DNA of 64,000 nucleotides from Smithellaceae bacterium (GCA_963667845.2 CAXXVL010000002.1:3200001-3264000), one strand, 5' to 3'; shown: positions 21,018 to 31,118, numbered from the stretch's first letter. Numbers and translations: made by a program. The notes: generated from the letters alone by a model not told the origin.

Positions 21018-21063
21018 TTCGCAGCAAGCTACGGCAAATTAACGCTCGTCCGGCACAAACGGG
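21018..21063. repeat. 46-bp imperfect direct repeat, copy A
   Basis: 36/46 identical to 21562-21607 by manual ungapped alignment. Confidence 0.75.
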
Positions 21064-21083
21064 TCGTTCCCATTTACGTGGCA

Positions 21084-21491
21084 TCAGTCCGGCAGATTCC
21101 ACGTTCCCGTCGTCTTATAATCTGAATCAGCGGGAGCCCCCCGACTGTTTACGACTATTTCAACTGCTTTACCTTTATTGCTTACTGTAACATTCCAGAT
21201 ATCGGGTGATGTTCCTATATTTTGTGGGTTTCCATCATTAAGGCCTGCCTGCATAATGATCACCCCCGCGTTTGTAGCCGCTGCACCGCTGGAGATGAAA
21301 TATTTTGCATAAGATAGATTCAGCGTTGATTTCATTTCCGCTACTTCAACGCCGGCGGCAGACTTCTTCGCCTGGTTAATCAACTCAACATACCGGGGCA
21401 TGGCTACGGCAACCAATATCCCTAAAATCATCAGGACTGCAATAACTTCAATGAGTGTAAATCCTCTTTCACTTTTAAACATTGAATTCAT
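21084..21491 (-). CDS. type IV pilin, paralog 2
   Basis: G|FTLIEVIAVLMILGILVAVAMP class III signal; shares AEMKSTLNL, PDIWNVT and GTW with the adjacent pilin. Confidence 0.88.
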   Translation of the reverse strand: MNSMFKSERGFTLIEVIAVLMILGILVAVAMPRYVELINQAKKSAAGVEVAEMKSTLNLSYAKYFISSGAAATNAGVIIMQAGLNDGNPQNIGTSPDIWNVTVSNKGKAVEIVVNSRGAPADSDYKTTGTWNLPD

Positions 21492-21561
21492 ACTTTCACT
21501 ACCAGAGAAATAACCAACCACCTCGCGGCAAGCTGTCAAGGTATGAAATGAACGTCATTAT

Positions 21562-21607
21562 TTCACAGCAAGCGACGGAGAAACAACGCTCGTCCCGCAA
21601 CAGCGGG
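21562..21607. repeat. 46-bp imperfect direct repeat, copy B
   Basis: Matches 21018-21063. A partial third unit (CGCGGCAAGCT) lies near 21524-21534. Confidence 0.75.
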
Positions 21608-21627
21608 ATTAAATGAATTCAACTTGC

Positions 21628-21663
21628 TTAAAGGGGAGGGATGTCATCATCCCTCCCCTTTAA
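21628..21663 (-). terminator. perfect 16-bp hairpin downstream of major pilin
   Basis: TTAAAGGGGAGGGATG-TCAT-CATCCCTCCCCTTTAA. Confidence 0.75.
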
Positions 21664-21722
21664 AACGCTTTACCTTGTTTCAAAATCCTTCTAATTCAAG
21701 TTAAAAATGAAAATACTTCTAA

Positions 21723-22124
21723 TTAGAAAGTATTAGGTATTGTCCACGTTCCAGACGCCTTATATCCTGCATCAACGGGAGTCCCATAACTGTTTACGAG
21801 TATTCGAACAGTTGTGGTCGAAGGTGTCAGCGTTACATTCCATATATCAGGTGCCGTACCGTAATCTGTTGCGGCCGTCGCTAATCCTGCCGCAGTTAAT
21901 ACTGCCTGGCCATTTGTGGCCGCGGCGCCGTTATTGGCGAGAACATACTTCGCAAAAGCAAGATTCAAAGTTGATTTCATCTCGGCTACCTGTCCCTTGG
22001 CTGCCGCCTTTTTGGCGTCCGCGGCCATATCAATATACTTTGGCACCGCGACTGCCGCTAAGATACCTAAAATGACCAGAACTGCAATAATTTCGATTAG
22101 CGTAAAACCCTTCTCATTCTTCAT
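21723..22124 (-). CDS. type IV major pilin candidate (MshA/PilA-like)
   Basis: MKNEKG|FTLIEIIAVLVILGILAAVAVP; AAGGAG RBS; 127-aa mature protein with no Cys. Confidence 0.9.
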   Translation of the reverse strand: MKNEKGFTLIEIIAVLVILGILAAVAVPKYIDMAADAKKAAAKGQVAEMKSTLNLAFAKYVLANNGAAATNGQAVLTAAGLATAATDYGTAPDIWNVTLTPSTTTVRILVNSYGTPVDAGYKASGTWTIPNTF

Positions 22125-22209
22125 TGTCTCTAATCTCCTTTTCTTCATTTTTGATTTGCATGTTAACACTTTTCGTTTTCGGTATAACGCTACAATTTCG
22201 GATATTATA

Positions 22210-22225
22210 TTCAATTGTCATGCCA
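22210..22225 (-). promoter_or_regulatory. sigma54 (-24/-12) promoter of pilin
   Basis: Minus strand TGGCATGACAATTGAA: GG-N10-GA (variant -12), about 85 bp upstream of the pilin start. Confidence 0.65.
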
Positions 22226-22534
22226 TTTAGTGGTTTACTGCAAATATCGCCTCCTTTCCCTCATCATTTATCCAAGTTATAAAATCAATGGTAACTTTAC
22301 TTCAGGAAACTGGGATTCCACATTTTTACTTCCTGCCCGAATTACTGCTTGAACTATCTAATTTTACGTGGATTTTTTATTATTTAAGGCGCACAATCCC
22401 TTGGATGACTATCATAATGCATCCAAATTTATCATTCTGCGCCAAAGGCGCGCACTTCTCTGACCATGGGAAAAAATGAATTTTCATGTTCGCGAGGCCG
22501 GCATTTTTCCCATTATTTTGTACTTCATCTACAA

Positions 22535-23851
22535 TTAATGTAGACTCTTAAACGCATCAACCTCTATCTCATGCTTCTTGATGCGATGCCAGAGACTCCT
22601 TTGATTGATCCCCAAGATGCCGGCTGCCTTTACCTGAACTCCCCCTGTTTCCTTGAGAGCTCCTATGATCATTTCCTTTTCCATTAAAAGAATTTGTTCA
22701 TCGAGGGGTAAACGATCTTTAGACATTGAGACCATTTTACCGCCTCCTTGCCGGATATTTTCCGGTAAGTGGCGAACGTCGATTACTCCATCCTCGGACA
22801 AAATAGACGCTCTTTCCATCGTATTTTTCAATTCCCGGATATTTCCCGACCAACTGTACCCAATCAAAACTTGTAAAGCGGCTGTCGTTAACTGGGCACG
22901 TCTGGGAGAATTTTCCAAAAAATGGGCAGACAATGTGGCGATGTCTTCGCGTCTTTCCCGCAAGGGCGGCAGCATAATCGAAAAGACATTTAACCGAAAA
23001 TAGAGATCCTCTCGGAATGTTCCCTCCTTGATTAATTGCAGAAGGTCTTTGTTGCTGGCCGCTATGAACCGGACATCCACACGGACAGGCGAAGTCCCAC
23101 CGACACGCTCAAATTCCTTCTCTTGGAGGGCGCGCAGAAGTTTCGCCTGCGCGGCCAGAGGCATGTCGCCGATTTCATCGAGGAACACGGTTCCGCCGTC
23201 AGCCATTTCAAACTTGCCTATTTTGCGTGAGTTAGCGCCGGTGAACGCCCCTTTTTCATATCCGAACAATTCACTTTCCATCAGGCCTTCAGGAATGGCC
23301 ACACAATTGATCGCAACAAAAGGCCTGCCTTTGCGCGGGCTGTGTTCATAAATACTCGATGCGATTAATTCCTTACCGGTTCCACTCTCGCCTGTAATCA
23401 AAACGGTGGAATCAGTGGGAGCGACTTTGAGAATCTGTGTGAAAATATTGCGAATGACCGGGCTGGAACCAATGACGTTCGGAAAAAGCTCCCGAGCTTC
23501 CACCTGACCTAGAATATTGGCGACGCTGTCGAATACTTCATTTATTTTATTAATATCCTTCGTAATTTCCTGCGGTTCTTCCTTTCGGACCGCTGATAGA
23601 ATAGGTAATTTTTGTGTCTTTTCCACAAAATCCATGAGCGGCTTTAAAAATAAGCGAAGAACAAAGAAAGTGGCAAAGAAGGAAATGCAACCAATAATCA
23701 AAGCCAGAGTATAGATATTAATTAGCAAAGACTGGCTTGTCTCCTGTGGCGCACTTGCCAGCTGATAAGAGATGATAATACCCAAAATGGTAATCCCTGT
23801 AAAAATCATCGGGATCAGTATATGAAGATTAATGTAAAAATTCTTCTTCAT
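22535..23851 (-). CDS. membrane-anchored sigma54-dependent activator (bEBP) with Fis-type HTH
   Basis: Two N-terminal hydrophobic helices and no receiver domain. GESGTGKE, GAFTGA, FLDEIG, FREDLYFRL motifs; C-terminal HTH. Confidence 0.9.
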   Translation of the reverse strand: MKKNFYINLHILIPMIFTGITILGIIISYQLASAPQETSQSLLINIYTLALIIGCISFFATFFVLRLFLKPLMDFVEKTQKLPILSAVRKEEPQEITKDINKINEVFDSVANILGQVEARELFPNVIGSSPVIRNIFTQILKVAPTDSTVLITGESGTGKELIASSIYEHSPRKGRPFVAINCVAIPEGLMESELFGYEKGAFTGANSRKIGKFEMADGGTVFLDEIGDMPLAAQAKLLRALQEKEFERVGGTSPVRVDVRFIAASNKDLLQLIKEGTFREDLYFRLNVFSIMLPPLRERREDIATLSAHFLENSPRRAQLTTAALQVLIGYSWSGNIRELKNTMERASILSEDGVIDVRHLPENIRQGGGKMVSMSKDRLPLDEQILLMEKEMIIGALKETGGVQVKAAGILGINQRSLWHRIKKHEIEVDAFKSLH

Positions 23852-23866
23852 GAGTGCGATTAATGG

Positions 23867-25099
23867 CTACCTCCTGGCCATTTTCGTCAGGTCAAACATC
23901 GGCATGAAAATGGCGAGTGCAAAAAAACCAACCACTGCCGCCAGACCGATGATTAAAACGGGTCCTATAGCGTCTGATAGAGCTTTGACGGCATACGCCA
24001 CTTCATCGTCGTAGTGCTTGGAAATTTCCCTCAGCATTTCTTCAATATTTCCGGATTCTTCTCCAATGGCAATCATATCTACGACCATCGGCGGGAAGTA
24101 AGCTGCTTTCTTCAGAGGGGCGGCGATTCCGGAGCCTTCTTCTATTTTTTCCCGGACATAATTAAATGATCGGGCGATAGCAGCATTGCCGATGGTGTCT
24201 GAAAGGATGGTCAGCGACTGCATAACCGGCACGCCGCTGGATTGCAGTATGGCAAAGATGCTGGCAAAACGAGACATGGCCGCCTTTTGGAACAGGGGCC
24301 CCAAAACGGGGATCCGCAGCAAAAAACTATCCCGCGCCAGTTTGCCGTTTTCTGTCTTAAAATACTGCCTCAAACCGAAAATGCCGGCAATCACAATTCC
24401 GAGAATGACATACCAGTAGTTCTTCAAATACAAATTCAGAAGAATGGCAATCTTTGTGGGTAGAGGCAATTCTATACCCGACTTGCTGAAAAGCGAAACA
24501 AACTGAGGAATCACAAAGGTCAACAACACAACAAATGCTATACTCAAGGCAATGACGACAATCAGCGGATACTGCATGGCCGCTTTTATATCGGATTTAA
24601 TTTTAGCTTCGTGTTCGATAATATAAATGAGCCGTTCCAGAACGCTGGGTACGCTACCACTGAGCTCTCCCGCCCGCATCATACTGCAATACAGATGGGA
24701 AAATATTTTCGGATGTTTTGCAAACGCGTCCGACATGGTGGCGCCCTCACGAATATCCCCAACAATCGCCGTTATGGCCTGTCTCAAAACTTTACTTTCT
24801 GTCTGAGCTTCCAGGACCTGCATGACCCTGATGATAGGAACGCCGGCATTCAGCATAGAGCGGAATTGCTTGGTAAACAGGATGAGATCTCTTGTTTTGA
24901 CATTGCCGCCGAGAGCGGTGATCCTTGCCCAAATTGTATCGCGCCGATCCGATGTTTCTGGCGCGACGTGTGAAGGGATGAGTCCGCGTGATATCAGGAT
25001 CGTGTTCGCATTTTGATCGGATTCCGCTTCAAAAGTTCCTGAAACTGTGTCCCCGGTCTCGTTGATTGCTCTGTATCGGTAAATCGTCATATCATACAC
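23867..25099 (-). CDS. pilC: type IV pilus/T2SS platform protein (PilC/MshG/GspF)
   Basis: FTKQFRSMLNAGVP, AGELSG, GEESGN, AIFMPMF. Start 25099 or 25090. Confidence 0.92.
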   Translation of the reverse strand: MYDMTIYRYRAINETGDTVSGTFEAESDQNANTILISRGLIPSHVAPETSDRRDTIWARITALGGNVKTRDLILFTKQFRSMLNAGVPIIRVMQVLEAQTESKVLRQAITAIVGDIREGATMSDAFAKHPKIFSHLYCSMMRAGELSGSVPSVLERLIYIIEHEAKIKSDIKAAMQYPLIVVIALSIAFVVLLTFVIPQFVSLFSKSGIELPLPTKIAILLNLYLKNYWYVILGIVIAGIFGLRQYFKTENGKLARDSFLLRIPVLGPLFQKAAMSRFASIFAILQSSGVPVMQSLTILSDTIGNAAIARSFNYVREKIEEGSGIAAPLKKAAYFPPMVVDMIAIGEESGNIEEMLREISKHYDDEVAYAVKALSDAIGPVLIIGLAAVVGFFALAIFMPMFDLTKMARR

Positions 25100-25109
25100 G
25101 CTTTCCGTT

Positions 25110-26822
25110 TCAGGTCATGACTGCAGTCATAGCTTCTTCGAGAGTCGTTATCCCTTGTAAGACTTTGCCGGCGGCATCTTTCTTGAGGGTCCGCAAATTT
25201 CCTGCGTCTTCAGCGATACGGGTAATTTCCCGGCTTGACTTCTTTTTGAGAATCATGTCCTGAATCAGCTCGTCATTGACCAGCACTTCAAAAAGACCGG
25301 TTCGTCCTTTGTATCCTGTATTTTTACATTGATAACACCCTCTGCCACGCTGAAAATCACCTCTTTTCGCCTCGTCAGGAGTAATTCCCAAGGCTTCATA
25401 GGCGGTATCCTTCGGTGAAAACGGTTCCTTGCAATAAGGGCATATCGTTCTTACTAATCGCTGGGCGAATGACACCAGCAAAACGGAGGACACGAGGAAA
25501 GGTTCTATACCCATGTCAATAAATCTTACGATAGCCCCGGCAGCGTCGTTGGTATGAACGGTACTCAGCACGCGGTGACCCGTCTGCGCGGCCTGGACGG
25601 CAATTGCAGCAGTTTCCGAGTCGCGGATCTCGCCCACCAGAATAACATCCGGATCCTGGCGCAAAATCGAACGCAGACCGCTGGCGAATGTCATCCCCGC
25701 CTTACGATTGAGCTGAATTTGGCGGATATTACCGATCCTGTATTCCACAGGATCTTCCAATGTCATAATGTTGATATCCGGTTTATTGATCGTATTCAGG
25801 ATGGCGTAGAGGCTGGTGCTTTTTCCGCTCCCGGTGGGTCCGGTGCTTAAAATCATACCATAGGGCTTTTCGCTGACTCTCTCAATCTTTTCCATGTCCG
25901 AACCACTCATCCCGAGCCGGTCCAATGAATAGACACTGTTGCCGGCGTCCAGCAGGCGCAAAACAATATTTTCCCCGTAGATCGTCGGTATCGAAGACAC
26001 GCGGACATTGATTTCTTTCCTATCCAGTTTCAGCGTAAATCGGCCATCCTGCGGAATACGCGATACGGTAATATCCATATTGGAAAGTATTTTCATCCGG
26101 GCCACTATGGGCAGAAAAAGTGATTTAGGAGGAGACGGGACTTCCATAAGTTTTCCATCAATTCGGAATCTCATTTGTACGGAGTTTTGCTGCGGACTGA
26201 TATGGATGTCACTTGCGCCGTCCCGGATGGCTTGTGCAAAGATGGAATTAACAAGACGCACAACGGGAGCTTCGCCCGCCATATCCTGCAGCGATGCCAC
26301 CTGTATTTCTTCTTTATTGGGTTCGGCTTCCTCCTGTCCCTCTTCCAGCAATTTGACTTCCATGTTCTCCATGATGCTGCCCAGACCGGACTGAGCACCA
26401 TACAAAGAGTTGATCAGTTCGTTGAGTTCCCTTTCCGAACAGAATACGGGCTCGACTTCAGAGTTCGTCAGGACTTCTATGTAATCGAGTGTATTGATAT
26501 CCAGGGGATCTACGATGGCGATTGTTAACAGTCTGCCTTTCTTCCGGAGAGGGGCTATCTGATATTTCTGTGAAACTTCGATTGGAATGTACCGGATTAA
26601 TTCGATATCCAACGGATAATGATCCGGGTGATACTTGGCGATCTTGAGTTGCCGGCTCAGTACATCAATGATTTGCTGCTCATTGACGATTCCAAGGCGT
26701 GTAAGGAATTGCCCCAGCTTCAAACCGGCTTTCTTCTGATCGATCAGGGCCTGCTTCAGTCGATCTTCAGAGATCAAACCGTTTTCGACAAGCATTTCGC
26801 CCAACCGCTTTTTGACTTTCAT
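25110..26822 (-). CDS. pilB: pilus extension ATPase PilB/MshE with N-terminal MshEN domain
   Basis: RLGEMLVENG..L.Q motif, ASDIH, GPTGSGKS, EDPVE, LRQDPD, CPYC/CYQC. Confidence 0.92.
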   Translation of the reverse strand: MKVKKRLGEMLVENGLISEDRLKQALIDQKKAGLKLGQFLTRLGIVNEQQIIDVLSRQLKIAKYHPDHYPLDIELIRYIPIEVSQKYQIAPLRKKGRLLTIAIVDPLDINTLDYIEVLTNSEVEPVFCSERELNELINSLYGAQSGLGSIMENMEVKLLEEGQEEAEPNKEEIQVASLQDMAGEAPVVRLVNSIFAQAIRDGASDIHISPQQNSVQMRFRIDGKLMEVPSPPKSLFLPIVARMKILSNMDITVSRIPQDGRFTLKLDRKEINVRVSSIPTIYGENIVLRLLDAGNSVYSLDRLGMSGSDMEKIERVSEKPYGMILSTGPTGSGKSTSLYAILNTINKPDINIMTLEDPVEYRIGNIRQIQLNRKAGMTFASGLRSILRQDPDVILVGEIRDSETAAIAVQAAQTGHRVLSTVHTNDAAGAIVRFIDMGIEPFLVSSVLLVSFAQRLVRTICPYCKEPFSPKDTAYEALGITPDEAKRGDFQRGRGCYQCKNTGYKGRTGLFEVLVNDELIQDMILKKKSSREITRIAEDAGNLRTLKKDAAGKVLQGITTLEEAMTAVMT

Positions 26823-26845
26823 CGCACCTCCGTACCGAGCAAGCC

Positions 26846-28414
26846 TTATTTCTGCAAAACCCTACTGTTGAAAACAACCGTATCATCGTTCCACGCCGAT
26901 AATACGTGGGCCGAGGCAGCAAGCGATGACGGTAATCGGTTGATTGATTCCTTTGCCTCTTCCACGCTTGCAAAGCGCTTTCCCAGAACGATTGAGAACT
27001 GCATCCCTTTTTGTTTATTCCAGAAGGAAAGAAACAGCAGTGCCGGCATATTCCTCAGGTCTTTTTTTTCTATGAACTTATAATAAAGATTTTCGAGCTC
27101 CGGGCTGTCCTCAAGAGAGACGATAACCGCATCCTTGTTCAGCGAGTGCGCTTTTTCCGCAAATGCAGGCACTTGAATTACGGTTCCCTGCAGGGTTTTG
27201 TCAATGTCTTTTAATTGAGGATTCTTTTCAATGAATCGATAAGCGAGTTCCCTGCTCGTGTCTCCGTAAATATTATCAAAGACGCGCCAAATAGTCATTC
27301 TTCTCTTGAGGGATATTGTGCCGAGATAATCAGGCATTTGCACTGAAGCAGGACGGGTGTCCTTTTGATTGAGAATGTTGCCGCCAGGCACAGGCGATGC
27401 AGGCGCTGAAAGTGGACGCAAAGCTTTCTCGCTTACGTCAATGCCGGCTGAAACAGGTCGCTTGAAGACTGGACTGTCACCTTTGATCGGTTCGTTCAAA
27501 TAGATTGCAAAGGACAGGATGAAGACAGCAGCTAACAAAAGACAGAGCGTCGCCCACGTGACTCGTCTAAATCCGGACGTCGCTAACTTGTTCACGGAAC
27601 GCCTCACCAAAAACCATCCAGCCTTTCTCTTGTCTCGAATGATCATCATAATTAAGACTTGATGACAAAGGGAAACGACTTTGCGCGGATATCCTGCTGT
27701 TGCAACGTAGATGGCGAGAAATCCGCCCAGTGTGAAAAGCGCCCGGTGCGCTGGTTCCCGACTGGCTATAGCGATCCGATATTCAACGATCGCCTTCGTC
27801 TGCATGAATGAAAGCGGCTGAAGATGATGAATGTTATTGACCCGATCAACAAGATTTGCCCTCGCGTATAGATTTTTTTCAAACTCCGGCTGAGCGAAAA
27901 TTACAATTTGCAATAGCTTAAAACTATTGGTTTCATAGTTCAGAAACTCCCGCAAGATTTCCAGGCAATCATCAGGAATTTTTTGCCCTTCGTCAATGAT
28001 CAGAACGATAATTTTTTGTTCTTGAACGCCCTGTTCGAAAAGAAAGTTCTTTATCTTTTCCTTTATCTGCCATTCCTGGTCATCGAGCAGAATATCTGAG
28101 ACGCAAAGAATAGAGGCTACCGTTTTGACAAAATTCAATGGCCCGGCTACAGCAGGATCCAACAGCAGAAAGGTTTCAATTACCGGCGCTTCACCCGCAG
28201 CAGGCACAGACAGATTCTGGATTAGTTTTCGGCATAACGTGGTCTTCCCCGTACCGACGGCACCGACCACGATATTCAGGCCACGTCTTAAGCGTATGGC
28301 CAGTTCGAGTCTTTGCAGGCAGGTATTTTGCTGAGGTGAGGCAAAAAGAAATTCCGGCTCCGGCGAATTGGAAAATGGTTCTCTATTAAATTCCAGGAGA
28401 TTAAAATATTCCAT
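26846..28414 (-). CDS. ExeA/MshM-like AAA ATPase with TM segment and C-terminal periplasmic (SPOR-like) region
   Basis: EPFSNSP, GAVGTGKTT, LIIDEGQ, LQIVIFAQPE, GYPR. Confidence 0.85.
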   Translation of the reverse strand: MEYFNLLEFNREPFSNSPEPEFLFASPQQNTCLQRLELAIRLRRGLNIVVGAVGTGKTTLCRKLIQNLSVPAAGEAPVIETFLLLDPAVAGPLNFVKTVASILCVSDILLDDQEWQIKEKIKNFLFEQGVQEQKIIVLIIDEGQKIPDDCLEILREFLNYETNSFKLLQIVIFAQPEFEKNLYARANLVDRVNNIHHLQPLSFMQTKAIVEYRIAIASREPAHRALFTLGGFLAIYVATAGYPRKVVSLCHQVLIMMIIRDKRKAGWFLVRRSVNKLATSGFRRVTWATLCLLLAAVFILSFAIYLNEPIKGDSPVFKRPVSAGIDVSEKALRPLSAPASPVPGGNILNQKDTRPASVQMPDYLGTISLKRRMTIWRVFDNIYGDTSRELAYRFIEKNPQLKDIDKTLQGTVIQVPAFAEKAHSLNKDAVIVSLEDSPELENLYYKFIEKKDLRNMPALLFLSFWNKQKGMQFSIVLGKRFASVEEAKESINRLPSSLAASAHVLSAWNDDTVVFNSRVLQK

Positions 28415-28431
28415 TGTTCAGACATCGCCTT

Positions 28432-30051
28432 CTAATTATCGCCGGTTTGCCTGGATTCATCTTTATTCTTAATTGCACTTGATTTATTTTCAACAGCGGC
28501 AGTCTGAAGGATATGAGGTGTGATAAAAATTAGGCACTTCTTCCATCGCCTCCGACTTGTTATCTGCTTTAAATACCCAGCCCAAGCCTGGCACATCTTT
28601 CAACCATGGCCAGCCAGCATCTCCATCTCCCTTTGTTTCTTTTGTCAATCCGGAAATAACGATAGTTTCACCATCTTTGACAATAAGATTTGTTTCAGTG
28701 AGTTTCTTAATAATAATGGGGTTGCCTAACATTGAGGCGGCATGGGTAAAGTCCAGTTCATCTTTTTGCACCAAGATCTTCATTTTTAGGTTTTTTCCGT
28801 CAATAACATGGGGGGTAATTTCCAGTTTCATAACGGCATTCTCAAGGTCACGGTTTGCGTCGGCAAGGCGCCGGCAACGCTATTTGTCAACGTTACAAAA
28901 GGCACCTTTTGCCCATTTTCCGTAAACGCTTTCTGGTTATCGAGTGTTGTAATCGACGGACTGGAGATAATATTCAGCTTACTATCTTTTTGTAATGCCT
29001 GCAATTCCACCTCCAATAAATTTCCGCCGATAACTCCAAACATCAGACCCAAGGTACCAAGAGGACCAGTTGCGGCATCTAATATACCGATTCCTGCAGA
29101 GCCCGCCGGAAAATTCACTCCAAACCCCTTGCTCCCTATCCCGCCTGTCGGAACACCTTTACCTCCAGTTACAATAAGACTTTCTTTACCACCCAGATTT
29201 CCACTGCTATATCCACCCCATTTAATACCTAGGTCACGGGCAACACTTTTCGATGTTTCTACAATATTGGCTTTAATTAATATTTGCGGTGTAGGCTTAT
29301 CCAACTTTTCAATGATTGGAATCATGTTTTCCAGATCCTGAGTGTTTGCCGAAATGACCAGCGAATTACTATGTTCATCGAGAACAACCGATCCGCGTGT
29401 CTTTCCATCTTTATCTTTAGTCAAAAAGCCCTGCAGCGTCTTTTCCAGTTTTTTGGGATCAGCGTAGTCAATCTTAATAACGACCGGCTTCATCAACGGC
29501 TCTACCCATTGTATGTCGCGCAATTGAACTTTCTGTTTGAGCTCCTGTTCAACATCTTCAATGGTCATCACCCTGATGACGCTGCCTTCCCACACATAGG
29601 TTAAACCATATGTTCTCAATAATCCGGTAAAGGCCTGGTCCCAAGGAACTGAACGAAAATCAACGCTTATTTCGCCTTTTAAATCGTTCTTAACTAACAA
29701 GTTATAATTCACGGATTTGGCCATTGCCCGCAGGACAGCCTTTAGGTCCGCTTGGCGCATTGTCAGATTAATCGGCTTGGTCGGCAATTTTTTGGCCGGC
29801 GCTCCCATTAATAAGGTTCGTTCAGCTTTTCTTTCGGTTATTCTCGCCACATCAATCTCTTTAGGCTGGGCTTCAGGGGAATGCCCCCGAGAATTGTCCG
29901 CAAGCGTATTCCATTTTTCAAAGAGAGGATCTTTCTTTGTACTCTTGAGGTCACCTGAACAACCAAGAAAGAATATCAGCACAAAAAAGCTGATCACGAT
30001 CTTGTCAATTTTTTTAGGGCCTTCACTTAAGCTCAAGGCAATAACCTCCAT
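28432..30051 (-). pseudogene. pilQ: secretin PilQ/MshL, split by two single-base indels (or assembly errors)
   Basis: Secretin motifs PQILIKANIVE and SSPSITTLDNQKA. Adding one base at 28844-45 gives TFENAVMKLEITPH. Removing one at 28533-34 gives EEVLIFITPHIL and a stop at 28432. Confidence 0.85.
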
Positions 30052-30060
30052 GTCTTAGTA

Positions 30061-30549
30061 TCATTCCTGTATCGGAACATAAAATTCGCTTCCGGTATTG
30101 CGATTAAAAATTAGAATTCTCGAGGGGGCTACACTTTTCAAGATATAACCCTTGATGTCGAGGGCATCTCCGGCCTCATACTCCCACCCGTTGATAATTG
30201 CCAATTTCTTTCTCCCGGCATCCACGTATCCGGAATAAACTATTTTCGTCGCAAGATCGCCGCTCGACTCTTTTCCAGTATATTCGCGGTAGGACGATCG
30301 ATCCCAGAATGGGTTCTTATTCCAACTCGTCTCCGCCCGCTCTATGATATAGGTATCCGCTTTTGCGATCACATATTTTGTGAGGTCGGTGTTCAACGTA
30401 GTGACGAAAGATTCACGCGCAACAGGCCTTACTCCCGTTCCCGCTTTTTTCGCAACCGTACCGACAATAACGAATTCATAGATTGCATAAAACACAAATA
30501 AGACAGCAACAGCAAGAATGATGATTTGTCGATTGTTTAATTTCTTCAT
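30061..30549 (-). CDS. pilus accessory protein (MshK/PilP-position), N-terminal TM
   Basis: Single TM, NPF motif, LAIING.EY..GD; lies between pilO and the secretin. Confidence 0.65.
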   Translation of the reverse strand: MKKLNNRQIIILAVAVLFVFYAIYEFVIVGTVAKKAGTGVRPVARESFVTTLNTDLTKYVIAKADTYIIERAETSWNKNPFWDRSSYREYTGKESSGDLATKIVYSGYVDAGRKKLAIINGWEYEAGDALDIKGYILKSVAPSRILIFNRNTGSEFYVPIQE

Positions 30550-30574
30550 TCGAATCCCTAGTATCCCGAACCAG

Positions 30575-31118
30575 CTAATTTGCCAGTGCAACCGCTATTT
30601 TTATTTTAAATTCCATGGAATCGCTACCCTGCCTAATACCGATTTCCTGAATTTGATCGACGTAGGGCAAAGCACCTAAACCGACGAGCATTTTTCGGAA
30701 GTCGGTAAAATCTCCTTTCATGGTTGCACTATAAATGAGATATTGCGAATTACCGGTTATGGATTTAGTATCCGGCGCAAGGGCGACAACCATTAGGCCC
30801 GATCTTTTCGCCTCTAAGCGAAACGAATCTTGAAATTTAGCCACGTCGGCCCCTGAGTAATCTTTCTTTCGGGGGATTTGGTAATGACAGCACTTCTTTC
30901 TTCTTCGAAGTACCATCTAATAACTGGTAAACCGCTCTCAGATCCTTTTGCTCTTGAATTTGATCCTTAATTTTATTGACCTCGTCTGCGCGGCTGGATT
31001 TGTAACGATGCAAAGGAATAATTCCCAGGAGAATGACAAGGAATATTATACCACCGCAGATCAATATATAGCTCGCACTGTTTGCAGGAATTCCCCGACT
31101 GATTTTCTTAATCATCAC
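30575..31118 (-). pseudogene. PilO/MshJ-like protein, one-base frameshift
   Basis: ORFs 30837-31118 and 30575-30916 join if one base is removed, for example in the C4 run at 30850-30853 (..RLLRADVAKFQD..). Confidence 0.7.

Noticed and set aside
21018..21663. CRISPR array or integron attC sites
   Set aside because: Only two degenerate copies about 500 bp apart, no cas or intI genes, and no clear attC core boxes.
21723..22124. Electrically conductive (e-pilin) interpretation
   Set aside because: Only 10 of 127 mature residues (about 8%) are aromatic, below the roughly 9% rule of thumb, so it is not supported from sequence.
22466..22513. ATGGGAAAAA/TTTTTCCCAT inverted repeat as pilin enhancer
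   Set aside because: Spacing and sequence differ from the 33569 palindrome. It may be a 3' structure of the activator mRNA, and the evidence is too weak to call.
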